Shown one piece after another: positions 51,399-64,000 of a stretch of 64,000 nucleotides of DNA. Position numbers and translations under genes: made by a program. The stretch is from Gnetum montanum (lineage: Eukaryota; Plantae; Gnetophyta): positions 762,268-826,267 of the forward strand of contig MNCI01001077.1 in NCBI GenBank assembly GCA_015680685.1, written 5' to 3'. The notes beneath the pieces are model-generated. The model was not told where the DNA came from and did no database searches. It saw only the letters and a list, made by a program, of their open reading frames with translations. Within the stretch, counting starts at the first letter, position 1, and each line of letters begins with the position of its first letter.

Positions 51399-53150
51399 AG
51401 AAACACCACTAATTTCAGCCTAATAATTTGAAATGAGAAGAACTTAGACCCTTTCAAGCTTTCTGGAGGCAAACATTTAACTAAGGCATGTAACTCAAGC
51501 TCACCTTGTCACGCTGGCTTGCCCTTAGCATGAGAAACTCAAATGAATTAAAAATAAAGTTAAATATGCTCCAATCTGAGGCTGCAAGTCATCTTCATAG
51601 GGCTACTATTGTCCACTTTAAGTATCAGCATTCAGGAGTTCAAATTTCAAGAAAAATTATACACAGTTTCTCACTCACACTAATGGTCACGCTGAGGTCA
51701 TGTTGGCAGCATGAGTACAACGTGAGAAACTATGAGAGCCTCAAAGCCAAGTCAAAATGACTTGATTTCAAGGGTGCAATTCATCCTCAGGGTTCATTAT
51801 TGAGAACTTCAAGTCCCAGCCTCCAAAATCCTAGATTTTAGGTCCAAAATTACAAGTTTTTGTAGCTCACACTGAGGTCATGCTAAACTCACACTGGCAA
51901 CGTGAGTCCAACCTAAGCTACCAGAAGTGGTTTAAAACAAGACACATCCAAGATTAAGTTTTGACTTCCAGATCACTCTCAAGGTCAATCATAGCTAGAA
52001 AATTGTTGCACTCAAAGAATAGGCTTCAAGGATCAAAAATTGGTGTGAAATGCATCATTTTTAGCTCACTTATGCTTAGGTCATGTTGAGGTCACATTGG
52101 CAGCGTAAGTACAGCGTGAGTGCAGCGTGAGTCTAGCATGAGTACTGTTCATGCCTGGTCAAAAGCACACCAAACACATGCTGAGTATACGCCAAGACAA
52201 AATCAACTCTTGCTAGAAGCTCTAGTGAAACAGAGATGCCTCCAACATCCAGAAAACCACTCAAATCAACATCCTACAATAGTCAATTTAGGGACTGAGA
52301 GGTTTCAAGTGAGCTGGAGTCAATCTCTCTTTTTATACATTATCATTTTCATTGTAACTTTTTATCATCTATGAGCTTGTCAAGCTCTTATGCTCCAAAT
52401 TGTATCTGCTTCTGTGGGCATAAGCTAGCTTACATAAGCCAATACACATTGTAAGATACAGTGCATCTAGTCAAGAATGTAGCCCTCCTACACATGTCCA
52501 ATTGACATGTAGTTGGCCATCTAACACTTGTTACATGATTTATTTTCCTCTCATTTCTCAACCACTGATTCATCTATGAGTTTTGTGCCCAAACCTAGCC
52601 AAACCTTATAAATAACCCATCCATTTACATAAATCAGGTTGGCAAGTTTGAAGGTTGACAGCTTAGAAGACACTGACTAGCAACTTTTGAACGCTCAGGC
52701 ACACCTAACTCCTAGCATCCAAGCACCTACAAGCATATCACCCTGGGGCTTAGCGCTTGACTTACGATTCACATGCATAGCTACGCTTTGACCAGTGCAC
52801 ATTCATTCTAAGCAATACAATATATTTTATTTTTCCTTCCATTATATTAATTACTCTATTTTAAATTCAATTTATGCTTTGTTTAATATACATTTCTGTA
52901 TACGCTCTATTTTCATTTTGTGTGCCACTGTTCACATTTCGCACATCAGTTACGATAACCCCAGTGCAAGCCATAGCTTACATTTGGGGAAGTCCTTGGT
53001 TGATTTGTGTGTAGACCATCCAAGGCACTCTACCTTTGTTTTCTTTTCTAACTTTCCCTCATGTGAAGGTAGGGTCAGCTGTACCTATCTGGTGATCTCT
53101 CAATGTTTTTTTTCCCTTCTAGGCTTACACCGATGATTTCGGTTAGTATA
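51399..53150 (+). repeat. 5' LTR of element F
   Basis: (A)GAAACACCAC start like C/D; TATAAATA 52607-52614; ends CCGATGATTTCGGTTAGTATA before the PBS; CACGCTG/CAGCGTGAG arrays. Confidence 0.75.
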
Positions 53151-53156
53151 GTAAAT

Positions 53157-53173
53157 TGGAGCTAAAAGGAGGG
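53157..53173 (+). promoter_or_regulatory. tRNA-Asn PBS of F
   Basis: TGGAGCTAAAAGGAGGG. Confidence 0.75.
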
Positions 53174-53394
53174 CAAGTATTTTATTTTATTTTGATATAT
53201 TTATTATTTTTTATTGTGTTTTGATTTATGTGTTTATTAAGCGTACATATATACTATGTCATACTAACACTAGGATTCTGGTGTTATTAGAGGAAAGTCC
53301 TAAGAGGGAGAGAGAAGCTTTGGCCCTGATGGTTTAACCAGAAGTGGTTGTCATAGGGCCAGAGGAAGAAGGAAAAGAGGTGAAAGAAGAAATC

Positions 53395-55374
53395 GAGGAC
53401 ATAAAGCAAGAGTTGGCTCAACTGCTGACTGTTTATCCCCCACAGAGTTATAAGCCCTTCTACATCTACCTTACAATGTCTGATTCTTCCATTGCATCAA
53501 TGCTTTGTCAAAAACATAAAGATAGAATCGTGATCCCCGTCTATTACCTAAGCCATGTTCTAAATGCCTATGAAAAATGATACAATGATATAATGATACA
53601 ACAATGTTAATAGTATAGACACCATACCTGATAACTACGAGGCAATCCCTTAGTTCGATGGATCTTCAACTTCTTGAGGAGGAAGTTCCACAGTCATTTT
53701 AACATACCCCTCTAGATAAATCGAACCCTTCACCTACCGATTGACCTTCCCTTGTACCAATAATGTGGTAGAATGCAAAGGTCTTCTTAGAGGTCTTTAG
53801 GCAGCATTGACTTTGAGAATCGCACATCTTGTAGTTTGAGATGATTCACAACTAGTCATTAATCAAATCACAAAATTTTACGCATGTAAGGCTCTCCATT
53901 TGCAACCATATTGTGATTTGAGCAAACATCTACTGAAGCAATTAGTAGACGTGGATATATAGTATGTACCTAAAAGTGAAAAAACCATTGCCAATGCACT
54001 TGCTACATTAGCCCTAAACATGACACTCAAAATGTTCCATGCATTGCCTAGCTCTATAATAAATTGTGCCAAACCTTTAACCGACACCCTTGATGAAATT
54101 CCCATAGCATCCATTAGCATAACACATGTGATAGAATGGTACGATGACATAAAAGAATACCTTCTACGAGGAAAACCTCCACAACATTTGACAAACTCTC
54201 AAAAAGACACCATGCAAAAATGCTCTTGGCAATATGTGTTAATAGGAGACACCTTATGTTGCAAATCCTATGAAAGAATTTTGTTCATGTGCGTTAGTAG
54301 CGTCGATGATCAAACGATTCTAGAACAAGTCCATGAAGGACTTTGTGGAGGGCACATAGCACCAAAAGCTATGGCAACAAAGATTAGGCGCTTGGGCTAC
54401 TACCAGCCACACATGGAGTACGATTGTTTCTCCAAGGTTAAGACATGTGACATTTGCAAAAGGCATAGTAACCTAATACATGTGCCACCTAAAGAATTGC
54501 ACAAACACAAATCACATGGCCATTCCAAAGATGGGGATTAGACTTAATTGGACCAATAATTCCACTATCTTTCATTGGACATAGCTTCATTATCAACACA
54601 ATTGAACACTTCACAAAATGGGTAGAAGCTATTCCCCTTAGGAAGACCACCTCTAAGCATGTTTGTACTTTCAGAATCGAAAACATTGTGACATGTTTTG
54701 GTATTTCGATGATCATCGTCACTGAAAATGGACCACAATTTAGTAGTGCACATACTAAAAGCTTCTGTGAAATCCTGGGTATTAAACATGCATTCTCGTC
54801 ACCTTACTACCCATAGAGTAATGGTCAAGTGGAGGCTACAAACAAAACTATCATCATAGTGCTCAAAACGATGTTAAATCAGAGCAAGAGATGATGGCAC
54901 GAACAACTAGTCTATGCATTGTGGGCATACAGAATGACACATCAAACATCTACAGGTAAAACTCCATATAGTCTTGTATACGGATTTGAAGTTGTTTTAT
55001 CTTTAGAGTTATAGGTTCCCTCAATGTGGATAGCTCTCTCAGGCCTCCTCAATGAAATCCAAAGTAATGAACTATGCATTGTAGACCTTGACTCGGTGGA
55101 GGAGGAATGTGTATGAACACTTGATTAGATCGAGTGGTACCAAAAACAACAACAACAACAACACAAACATGATTTGCATAAGCTCCCGATTAAGGAAGGA
55201 GACCTAGTCCTTAAGGTCGTCCATGAACATCCAAATAAATTCTCAACTAAGTGGGAAGTACATTACTTAGTCACCAAGGTGTAAAATAACGGAACATTCA
55301 AACTTGCTAACATGGATGGGAATGAGTTTGCTAATCCCAAAAATCACTTGTACCTAAAATGGTACTATGTCTGA
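53395..55374 (+). pseudogene. pol: pol remnant of F (partial RH, aRH, integrase)
   Basis: KPFYIYLT, FDGSS, CTNNVVE, DSQLVINQ, HEGLCGGH, C..C, LDLIGP, TENGPQF, SNGQVEA; most of RH deleted near 53590-53650. Confidence 0.9.
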
Positions 55375-55394
55375 TCAACCTAAGGTACATAACG

Positions 55395-55740
55395 GTTCTG
55401 GCATCACAACCTAAAACTGATACCATAGAACGGTCCTGGAGCTATGACTTGAAAATAGCACCACAGAATGTCCTGGAGTCATGATAGTAAACTAACACCA
55501 TAGAGATCCATCTGGCATGACACTAAACTACCACATTTTTCCACCATGACATAAAACTAGCATGTAGATTCCACTAAGACTATAAACTATTTTTCCTCTT
55601 CACAGTCTGCTACAACTATAACCTAGTAATGCACCATCCACTACGATGCTAAACTAGCACCGTCCAAAGGGTTATGATGTGAAACTAACCTACAATAGTC
55701 TGTTATTACTATAAACTTGTGACATCATTGATAACTAGGT
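55395..55740 (+). repeat. AAACTA array after the integrase stop (F)
   Basis: About ten units such as atgac..aaacta(g/a)cac. Confidence 0.75.
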
Positions 55741-56570
55741 AATACTTGAAAAGATCTGTTGCTGCAATTGGTTGTACATGTTCCACAAAGACTTTCTACA
55801 TAATTTATCTCATGGACCCTGATGAAGTTAATGTTGTTCGTGATTCTTTCTGCTTCGAAGTTACACATGGTGGCTCCATCTCCTTGGTTGTTTTCAATTT
55901 TAAAAGTACTTAGTTAACCAAAATAATTTATGACTTTTCTTATGTTCTTGGATTTGTGTTTGCAGGATGACATGCCTGAGGTGTTCATGCATAGATGCAC
56001 TTCATCATGATGACAAGGTATCACATTCCTCCTAACGCATGCAACTGGGTTAATCAATTTATTCTTAAGTAAATTCTTGAATCCTGATACATTACCTATT
56101 CCCCATCATGTTCCCCTTATCCTATCCAGTTACACCCATTTGATACATTCTACTCAACCCAAACCTCTTGATACATTGTTGCACATTGTGATTCTCTAAG
56201 CATTTGCAACACAAAACACAATACACGGTACATGATACAAATACAAGCACATGAGCACGAGCACAACACTGAAAGCAAGCTCTTCCAAAACAAAAAAGAA
56301 AAATAAAAAAAATGAAAAAAGGAACAAAAAGATCAAAGAGAAAAATGCACAAAAAAGGTCTTCATGACCTTGTTAACATCACAAGACCATTGGCTCTTCT
56401 CATATAAGCCCTAGACGGGAAGGCATTGTCCTGGAAAAATAGCTACACTTGTGTCTCAAATGATCATGTCGCACATCATTGCATGGCTTTGGCTATTTAC
56501 AACAAGCTCTAGTAAACACTCTATAGGAGTCCCATTTCTCCAAAGAACACACCTCCTATGTCTTGGTTTC

Positions 56571-58269
56571 TGTAGCGACTGAAAACGTCGGCAGTTGGAA
56601 GACCATCGGGGGTCAGCAGGCGCAATAGATCCAACCCTGTATCTACGGGAGGGCCATGCTGGATGTGTGTGGACATGGGGTGCCCTGAATGGTCTGGTCG
56701 ATCAGACAGGGACTTACATCGATGTCAATATAGCCTTTTGAAACATAAATAATGTGAAATGCGAGATAATTCTTAAGGGTAAATCAAGTAGGGGAGAAAC
56801 TGTAAAAATATTATAGTAATACGAAGTAATGCTTAAAGGTGAATAAGACAGAAAATAATGCAAAAATGAGAAAACAAATGAGAGCTAAAATAACGTGTAG
56901 TTAGGGACATGAACCACTTCGAAGTTACAAACTCGCCTGGTCGGGGTGGATACAATTGGCTGCACAGCGTGACAGAGTGCAGAAATCCCGAGAGTAACCT
57001 AGGCATGTCGAGAAAAAAGAGCTATGTGCTTGGGCATGGACATTGGTACAAACAATCTATGGTTCCACTAAGGTGGTAGAATAGAGATGGGACCTCATGC
57101 TAGCTGAGAGAGACTCACTATTTATAGTGTTAAATAGATGACTTTTATGTTATAATGCTGGAGAAAGGAGAAGTCTTTGTTTCAGAATTTCAAAGTCCCC
57201 ACCACTTGGAAGTTGTTTTCTTCAAGAAGGATGTGAACTCTTTTGAAATTGCCAATCTTTTTTTACAATTTCCTATGGCTCCCTTGCATGTTATTTTCCA
57301 GGGTATTTATAGGACCGAGGGTGTGTGAAAGGGGTTTTTTAAATACTACATGCCTTGAGCCTTTGTTGTCTTGCTAGCGCCACTCGTGTCATTTGTAACA
57401 GTTGGACCTTCAAGACCATTGTGATGTGAACTTGTATGCTATAACTACAATTCTACTACGCCATAACTACACCGTCAGTGTCTGGAGACATGTGCCAATG
57501 GTCTAATTAGGTGGAGTGCATTGATGTCGCTCAACCACCTACATGTCTTGCTGTACCTTGTGACGTAGCATGCTTGGTGTAGCATAGCACTTTGTCGCAC
57601 GTTCTGCTATATGTCACATGCTTGCTACACTATGTAGCATAGTGTAGCATAGCACCTGGCATTAGTCAAGAAAGCCTTACTAATTTGCAAACCTTGTCTT
57701 CTACGATCCAAGTCTTGTGAACTCCGTTCACTCCGCCTTTCGAACTACCTTCTGTCCCTACCATAGGATTGCTATGCCTTGCTGTGCCATGTAGCTCAGC
57801 ATAGTGTAGTAGTAGACATGGTCCACCACTTGCTGACAGAAAGGGACATCACTGCAGAACTTGAAATTAGGCGAGGGGAGTGGGTAGTGAAGTCATTTCC
57901 ATGCTGCGCTATGTGACGTCGCATAGCGTAGCACTTCATTTCGCCATCGTCTTCTAATGCTTGCTATGCTACATAGTGTAGCATAGAGTAGTAGGCTCTG
58001 TGACTTAGAAAAATTGTTGAACTATTTCTTCTGCATCAAGAATGCTACTGTCGATTCCGCACGCTATTTCTAAGTAGGCTATCGGCTGTTTAGGCTACTT
58101 TGGTGGGTGGGTAGGATGGTACAGAACTTGTCCATGCTCAAAGTAGAAAATTTGCTAAACTGGTCAGCCTAGACTCAGAACGTTCTCCTCTTGATGAACT
58201 TCCATAGTGTTGCGTGAACTACAAGAGCCTAGTGAAGCAAGGATGACCCCACATTTTTAGAGTTTTTCA
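56571..58269 (-). repeat. 3' LTR of element E
   Basis: Minus TGAAAAACTC...GTCGCTACA; TATAAATA 57304-57311; TAGCGTAGC-type arrays; termini similar to the A LTR. Confidence 0.85.
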
Positions 58270-58282
58270 TTGGCCCCTCTTT
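58270..58282 (-). promoter_or_regulatory. Polypurine tract of E
   Basis: Minus AAAGAGGGGCCAA. Confidence 0.85.
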
Positions 58283-59254
58283 GTTGACATCTGGAGAACA
58301 GACTCGATGGACGTCAACAAAGAATATGAAACACCTCAGCAAGTGAAATGCTAAGGTTATCGCTTGGTGAGTGCTGAGATGTCTCTTGGTCATGCTTGAG
58401 AGTGTTGCATTGGTTTTGTAGAGGTTAAGGTAGAGAGAAAAGATAATGTTTAGCTAAGTCCCTCGTTAGAATGCTCTGAGGGGCTCATTTGCATTTTCAT
58501 CTTTGGCTGGTGCTATTCTTCAACCTCTTGTAGGATAGGTGCTCCCTTCATTGGATGAGTTTCATTACATTTGTGAAGGTCTTTGACCTGCCTATGGACA
58601 CCTTAAATACTACGAGCTGTGTTGCACACATGCTGGAGTCTGCACTCTCAAAATAGCCATGTTAGTCAAGGCACTCTCTTCGCGATGCTGTAACGTTCAC
58701 TGCTGTAGTGAGATGCGTTTGCAGGGACAAGGTCTTACTAGCTACTAGCATTGTTATTACTCTTGGGCACCATTGCTAGTGTGAGATGTCCAAAGAAGGA
58801 AGGCCAGTAATGGCCCTGAAGATGTCATTGCAGAGGAGCTGGGTGCAAATGCCCTGGAATCCCTGCAAGGGGTTTGCATTCCTAGTTCAGCCATGGGATT
58901 AGTTTCCACATAGCTAACATCGTGCAAGCCCAAGCATTGGCAGGGAGCTGGAGCAACAATATTGTGGCTGGGCCACAATACTACTAGCACTCCAGATGCG
59001 AGAGCTAACCCAAGAACTACCGTCAAGGCGGTGGGCCATGACGACGGTAGGTTCTGAGGGTTAGCGTGAAGCCATACGGCATTTTCGGAGAGTTAGCATG
59101 ATGCCAAGGGTGGTAGCATCGCATATGTTCTGGACCGCATTCTCAATGTGTCGTGAACAGCGTTCCAGAGCTACGACGTCCCACCCACTTGTTAGCATTG
59201 TGCCCACTCGTTTAGTGTGTATCTAGTGCTAGTGCATGTTGGGGATGCAATGCG

Positions 59255-59655
59255 AATCTAGTTTAAGGTCTTGGTAGATGGTGTGCTGGTTTAAAGTCCC
59301 AGCGGACTGCTATGCTAGTTTAAGATCCCAATGGACCGTACATGCCAATTTTACATCATAGCAAATGTGCAATGCTAGTTTATAGTCATAGTGGACTAAT
59401 AGTGCTAGTTTTATGTCGTAGCAGATGGTTGCTGCTAGTTTAACATCGTGGCAAATGCTGCTCGATGCTGGTATTTTATCATCATTACCTACGCTGCCTG
59501 GTGTGACTGCTAGTTTATCATCATAGCATATGGTTGCCGCTAGTTTAATGTCATGGCAGACACTGCTCGATGCTACTAGTTTATCGTCATTGCAGACGAT
59601 GCCTGGTGTGACTACTAGTTTATCATCATAGCAGATGATGCTTGTTGTTTTCATT
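59255..59655 (-). repeat. AAACTAGCA ~33-36 bp array in the 3' UTR of E
   Basis: About twelve units tgctagttta..gtcat/atcat, with a higher-order duplication. Confidence 0.85.
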
Positions 59656-59730
59656 GCACTTCTGATGAAGCTTTTGAGTTTGTTGATTATGCTATGCTAA
59701 TGTGGTCACTATGCTCTATGTGTTAAATAG

Positions 59731-60770
59731 CCTCTCGGCTTAAGTGGGATCCAAAACGACCTATGAAGGTTGGTGTGGTGCCCACACTCTCACCTAACAT
59801 GACTGCAATGTCTCGTCACATGTTTGATGAGGCTTATAAGTGTGTTTTGCACTCAGCACACTCTCTATGGGAATGTAGGCATGCCAATGAGGACCTGTGG
59901 AAATGAGTCCAAAGGGTTGAGTAGAGAGAGGCTAACCTGGCTACCGAGGTGGAGAATCTTAGGTCAAGGAACGCTTTTCTTATAAACTGCAACCTTGACC
60001 TAGTTGATTGGCAGAGGGCTATTGACGACTATGCCAGGTTTTGGACTGTCATTCATCAAAATGTTAAATCCACCCATGAGATAGTTGAACAGCAAAGGTA
60101 GATGGATTTGCTGGTCCAAGAGTGCCAAGACATGAAAGACATCAATGCTAAGGTTTTTGAATGGGGGAAAACCTAGAGAGACCATAAACATATGTATAAG
60201 CTAGAGAATGAGACCCACCGAAAACTGTATAGAAATGTTGTTGTGGAGGCATTCACGTATGAAGCGTTTGTGAAGGCCATCAGCGCTTCTGAGGTCTATT
60301 GAAATTTTAAAAAGTAAGTGGAGGTCACAGAATCTCCTGACTTGAGGGTGAGCCTTCCTACAGGAGAGACTACAACCACTTCCCTTTCACTGAAACCTCT
60401 AACATGGACAACCGTAGAAAGGGAAAAGGCTACAGCAGCTAATGCTAAACCCAACAATGGGTGTTGGATGGATATTTCGGTAGAGGAGATTTGGCATCGC
60501 CTCAGGCTTGGTCTAGAATAGATACCCCTTGAGACCAGCGCAAGCTCCTCTTAGGTTAGTCACTTTCATCTTATGTTGTAGCTTGCATTTACCGCATTTG
60601 TTGCCCTAGCTAACTACTTCATTCATGTGGTGCAGGCTCTAGATGAGGGTGCGAGACCTATGAGGAGGGGGAATGTAGGATCGGTAGAAGACAATGCAGA
60701 AGTAGGTGATGCACAAGTAGATGAAGCAGAGGCAAACGGTGAAGGCATTGGAAACAACCCATGACAGCAT
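59731..60770 (+). pseudogene. Last two exons of the antisense accessory gene in E (59731-60554; 60636-~60770)
   Basis: RLKWDP...FDEAYKCVLHSAHSLWEC...LWK*VQ aligns with C exon 7 QLRWKP...YDEVVGCVVHNAKSLWSC...LWLRVQ; same phase-1 acceptor; final intron in the equivalent place. Confidence 0.8.
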
Positions 60771-61089
60771 GGGATTTTTCATCTTCTTTTTTTTTTCTTG
60801 AAAATTTTGCAACATTTCCAATAGGCAAAAATTTTGAATGAAATGAAAAACATTAGAAAGGAAATCAATTTTATGTTAACTTATGTACTATGTAAAGTTT
60901 TCATGCTTTCATATGCTAGTCTTAAGTCATCTCAGGCCATTGTTAGTTTTGGGCCATTTTGGGCCATTGCATGATGAATTAAGGTGACAAGCAATAATGT
61001 TGATTTTAGTTCATTAACAAAGTGATAAGGCAGCGATGCTAGTTTTAGGCCATTTTGGGGCATAGCATTGCATGCTGAATGGTCAGCAT

Positions 61090-64000
61090 ACTAACAAGGA
61101 AAGGAAACAGTGAATGTACAAGGATAGTGATCGGGCGGGAAATCGTAGAGCCGCTACACTTTGCATAACTACTTCTTGACCCATCGCAGGTTAATCGGAA
61201 CATAAGGTCAAGGTGTTTCACCAGGGCCCCCATTCATGTCATTGTCCTTTACTTGGAAGGGTAACTCAACCCATGCATTTTTGATTTGAGGGTCGATTTG
61301 CTAGACCGATCCTTCTGTTACATGATTAATGCATGCATGAACAGGTGCTTCATCCTTAGAGGTTCTAACTTCTAAACCCTGTTCCATGCCTATGTTGCTG
61401 ATTACTTGCATTGCCACTTCATCACCATGGATTACCACCTCTCTACCTACATATGGTAAGTGAATTTCCTAGTGTATAGGTGAGGAGATAGCCCTTAGTT
61501 CCGCTAACCATGATCTCCCCAAGATCAGGTTAAACCCGGGCATTTCTTTGACTATGATGAACATTGCGTCTGTGGGGAACTGGTCTCCTACTATGAAGTT
61601 TACGTGGACCGTGCCCTTCACCAGGACACATGCCCCATTGAATGACCTTAGACACGATGTCGTTGTTGGTTTGATCTGGTTGACCAATCCCAACTTGTCC
61701 ACAATAGGGAAAGGAATGATGTTCATGGAAGCCCAATCGTCAACATGTACCCTTCGAATCCGGTGTTGGTTGACCCAAATTGTGATAAAAAGAAGTGTCA
61801 TAGTCACTTGACCCCTTTCAGGATCTTCCCTAATGGTGTTGCTACTAAAAATTAATTGAGGTTTTGTAGACTCCGTGGGTATAGAGGGAAGCATTACCGA
61901 GTGGATCACTCCCTCTTCCGCTGGAATGTTTCCATCGACCGGGATCACCATTAATATGCAAACTAGAGCCTCTCGGTGAGGTACAGATGCCATAACTAGG
62001 TCATACAAGCTCAATGTAGCATTTTTCTACTTTATGGCTTGCCCGACCTAGGTAAGGGCATCCAAAAAATCTTGGCCACCTGCCTATTTGATTCTTTCCT
62101 CCTCTTCGATTCATCCTAGAAGACGAATCTCTCGAGGAGAGACGACCTCGAACCTAGGTTTAGATCCTTGTTGACAAGGTAATGCAGGCTTTGTAATCGT
62201 GTCGAACTTCATCTTTGGTGAAGAAGGTGTAAATACGAGGGACGAAGGCATAGGCTTGGAGATACCCTCGACAGTACTTCCCTTCGATGTCTCACCTGCC
62301 AAGTGGGCTTCTCACCTTGTGGGCCGAGGAGGCTGTTTAATGTTGTTGCACGGGATGGGGATTGTTGATGATGTTGGCCCCCTGATGATGAATGGAGCTA
62401 GAGGTGTTAACTTACAGGGTCGCATAACCTTGCCAATAGGCGGTGTAGAGGTAGATGCCTGTGGCAGGACTTTCAAGACAAAGGGTGGCTGTGAGCTTGG
62501 ACCAACCACTGGTGGTATTGGTGCACTACGCTGAGGCAAATGAATCACAAACAACTAGAAGCGTGGACTGGGATCATTGTCAATATCGATGGCATTGATT
62601 ATGTAACTGACATTATTAGTGTTGAGGGGATCTTTGTAGACATGCATAGATTGATTTTCAGGGTGTACTGGGTTGCTTTCATCCAACACCAACTTTCCCA
62701 GGTAGATTAATCTTTGGATGTCATCCTGCAACGATAGACAATAATCCATGGTGTGACCACATAGTTGGTGGTAATCACAAAACCTATCTAGCCTAAAACC
62801 CCTAGGAATTGGAGACTCATTGGGTAGGGCCAAAGAGGGGTTCCTAAGGAGCTTGCAGTAGTGTTGATGTCTCATGTTTGCTTCCTTTCACATCTACTTG
62901 TATTGGAGGTATCCCACTGCCAACAGTTGCTTCTAGTGTTCTAAAGGTTTGAGAGGCAGTGGAGTGTATTTCGAATGATCTTTGCACTCGAAGTTGGGTT
63001 TAGTATATGCAAATTTCTCGAATGCAGGTGTGGCAAGTTACGGTGCTTGGCCCAAATTGGGCACAGATTTAGCCACAGGCATGGCTGGTTTCTTATTATT
63101 CTTGCTTTCGCTATTGCTGGGTTTGGGTTTAACCTTGGTTTCCATAGTGGCCAATGTGGTTGTTGGGGCCTTACCCTTGTCCTTTTCCGCAAAGTTGTTC
63201 TTGTAAACGGTGTAGGCCAGGTCTTTGCTTACCTCAGCCACATCTTGTATGCCTTTATTCTAAGTGAAATCTCGTCTAAGAGAGCGTGGAGCAAGATAAT
63301 ACAGTTTGGACTTGATGAAGTCATTCAATACACCCTTAAAGATAGCTAACAAGTGAGCCTCCATGATGGGCTCATGGATTTTGTTAAAGGTCGTGCTCCA
63401 ATGTTGAATGAATTTTTAGACTAGTTTTAATGGGTCTTGTTTCACGCTCATCAGCTGATCCAGCATGGTTTCTAGCTTCAAGTTGTATTTGAAGCATGTC
63501 ACAAACTAGGTCAAGAGTTTTTCCAATGTTGAAATGGATGAACGCAGTAACGTGTGATACCAATCTAGGGCTTTCCCAGCTAGGGACATGGCGAAGATGT
63601 GAATGATCGTATGTAGCCATTATTTCAATAGCAAAGACTCTAACTGGAAAGTGAAGAGATGTGTCTTGGGATCTCCCTCCCCGTCATACTTCGTGAAGTG
63701 TAGGAGAGACATCCCAGTTGGTAATACCAAAGCAGGGATTGTAGGGTTAATGGGGTCATCCTGATAAAAGTCCATGACTTGTACCGTGTCAGACCCAATA
63801 GCTTTGAGGCATTTTATTTCCTCAATTAAGGTCTANATCTCGCTGGTAACCCAAATGGCCTATCCGATGACTCAACCCACTATTACAGCTCCAACAATGC
63901 CACCCACTAGGTGGTGGACAATGCAAGCAGCACCTTTAGTGGGGGCGGCCCCAATGGCACTACTGATAGGTCAACCCACCACTGTCACCATGCTGCATGT
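61090..64000 (-). pseudogene. gag: gag-protease of element E (degenerate, 5' end beyond the window)
   Basis: DFYQDDPI, KYDGEGDPKTHL, FCDYHQLCGHTMDYC, VHVDDWAS...FNLILGRSWL...SSPIH, WVELPF. Confidence 0.9.

Larger units (their letters stand above)
51399..56570 (+). mobile_element. Element F: internally deleted Tat-type element (5' LTR, PBS, RH remnant-aRH-INT, 3' UTR), interrupted by E
   Basis: PBS is followed within ~250 bp by RT/RH-junction sequence; integrase and 3' UTR very similar to C. Confidence 0.8.
56571..64000 (-). mobile_element. Element E: Tat-type element lacking pol (3' LTR, PPT, 3' UTR, last two exons of the antisense gene, gag-PR), continuing off the right edge
   Basis: Order matches C with pol and antisense exons 1-6 deleted. 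Confidence 0.85.

Noticed and set aside
59310-59654. 114-aa repetitive ORF (CYDDKL repeats)
   Set aside because: Translation by-product of the AAACTAG array; homologous arrays elsewhere contain stops
59255-59655. CRISPR-like appearance of the ~33 bp arrays
   Set aside because: Units are degenerate with no identical repeat/unique spacer pattern, no cas genes, eukaryotic TE context

Overview
This window is entirely nested, decayed LTR-retrotransposon DNA from a heavily methylated land-plant genome. CpG/CHG C-to-T decay is everywhere, and I found no host gene, RNA gene or CRISPR array. I resolve six related Ty3/gypsy Tat-type elements (A-F; gag with CHHC knuckle, protease, RT-RH-aRH-INT, tRNA-Asn PBS, PPT) and pieces of an Athila-like lineage with an env-like ORF (G, H). 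Element C (18299-39431, minus strand, 21.1 kb) is full length, with both LTRs, PBS, PPT and a CCCTT target-site duplication. Its organisation is unusual. Gag-PR ends in a stop codon, and RT-RH-aRH-INT starts 6.8 kb later behind a splice acceptor with an in-frame ATG. The spacer holds an ANTISENSE 8-exon gene of about 1045 codons. It encodes an FCP1/SCP(NIF)-like HAD phosphatase domain lacking the catalytic Asp residues, followed by an Athila/Tat accessory-type domain, a basic NLS-like stretch, an acidic tract and a coiled coil. Diverged homologs with the same intron positions sit in the equivalent place in elements B and E, so this is a lineage feature. Each family also carries its own variant of a short ACGCT-core motif arrayed in U3 and, where these regions survive, in the 5' UTR and intron 1 of the antisense gene. 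Strand-oriented AAACTAG arrays lie at the boundaries of the sense ORFs. All domain calls are by-eye motif recognition; no database search was run.
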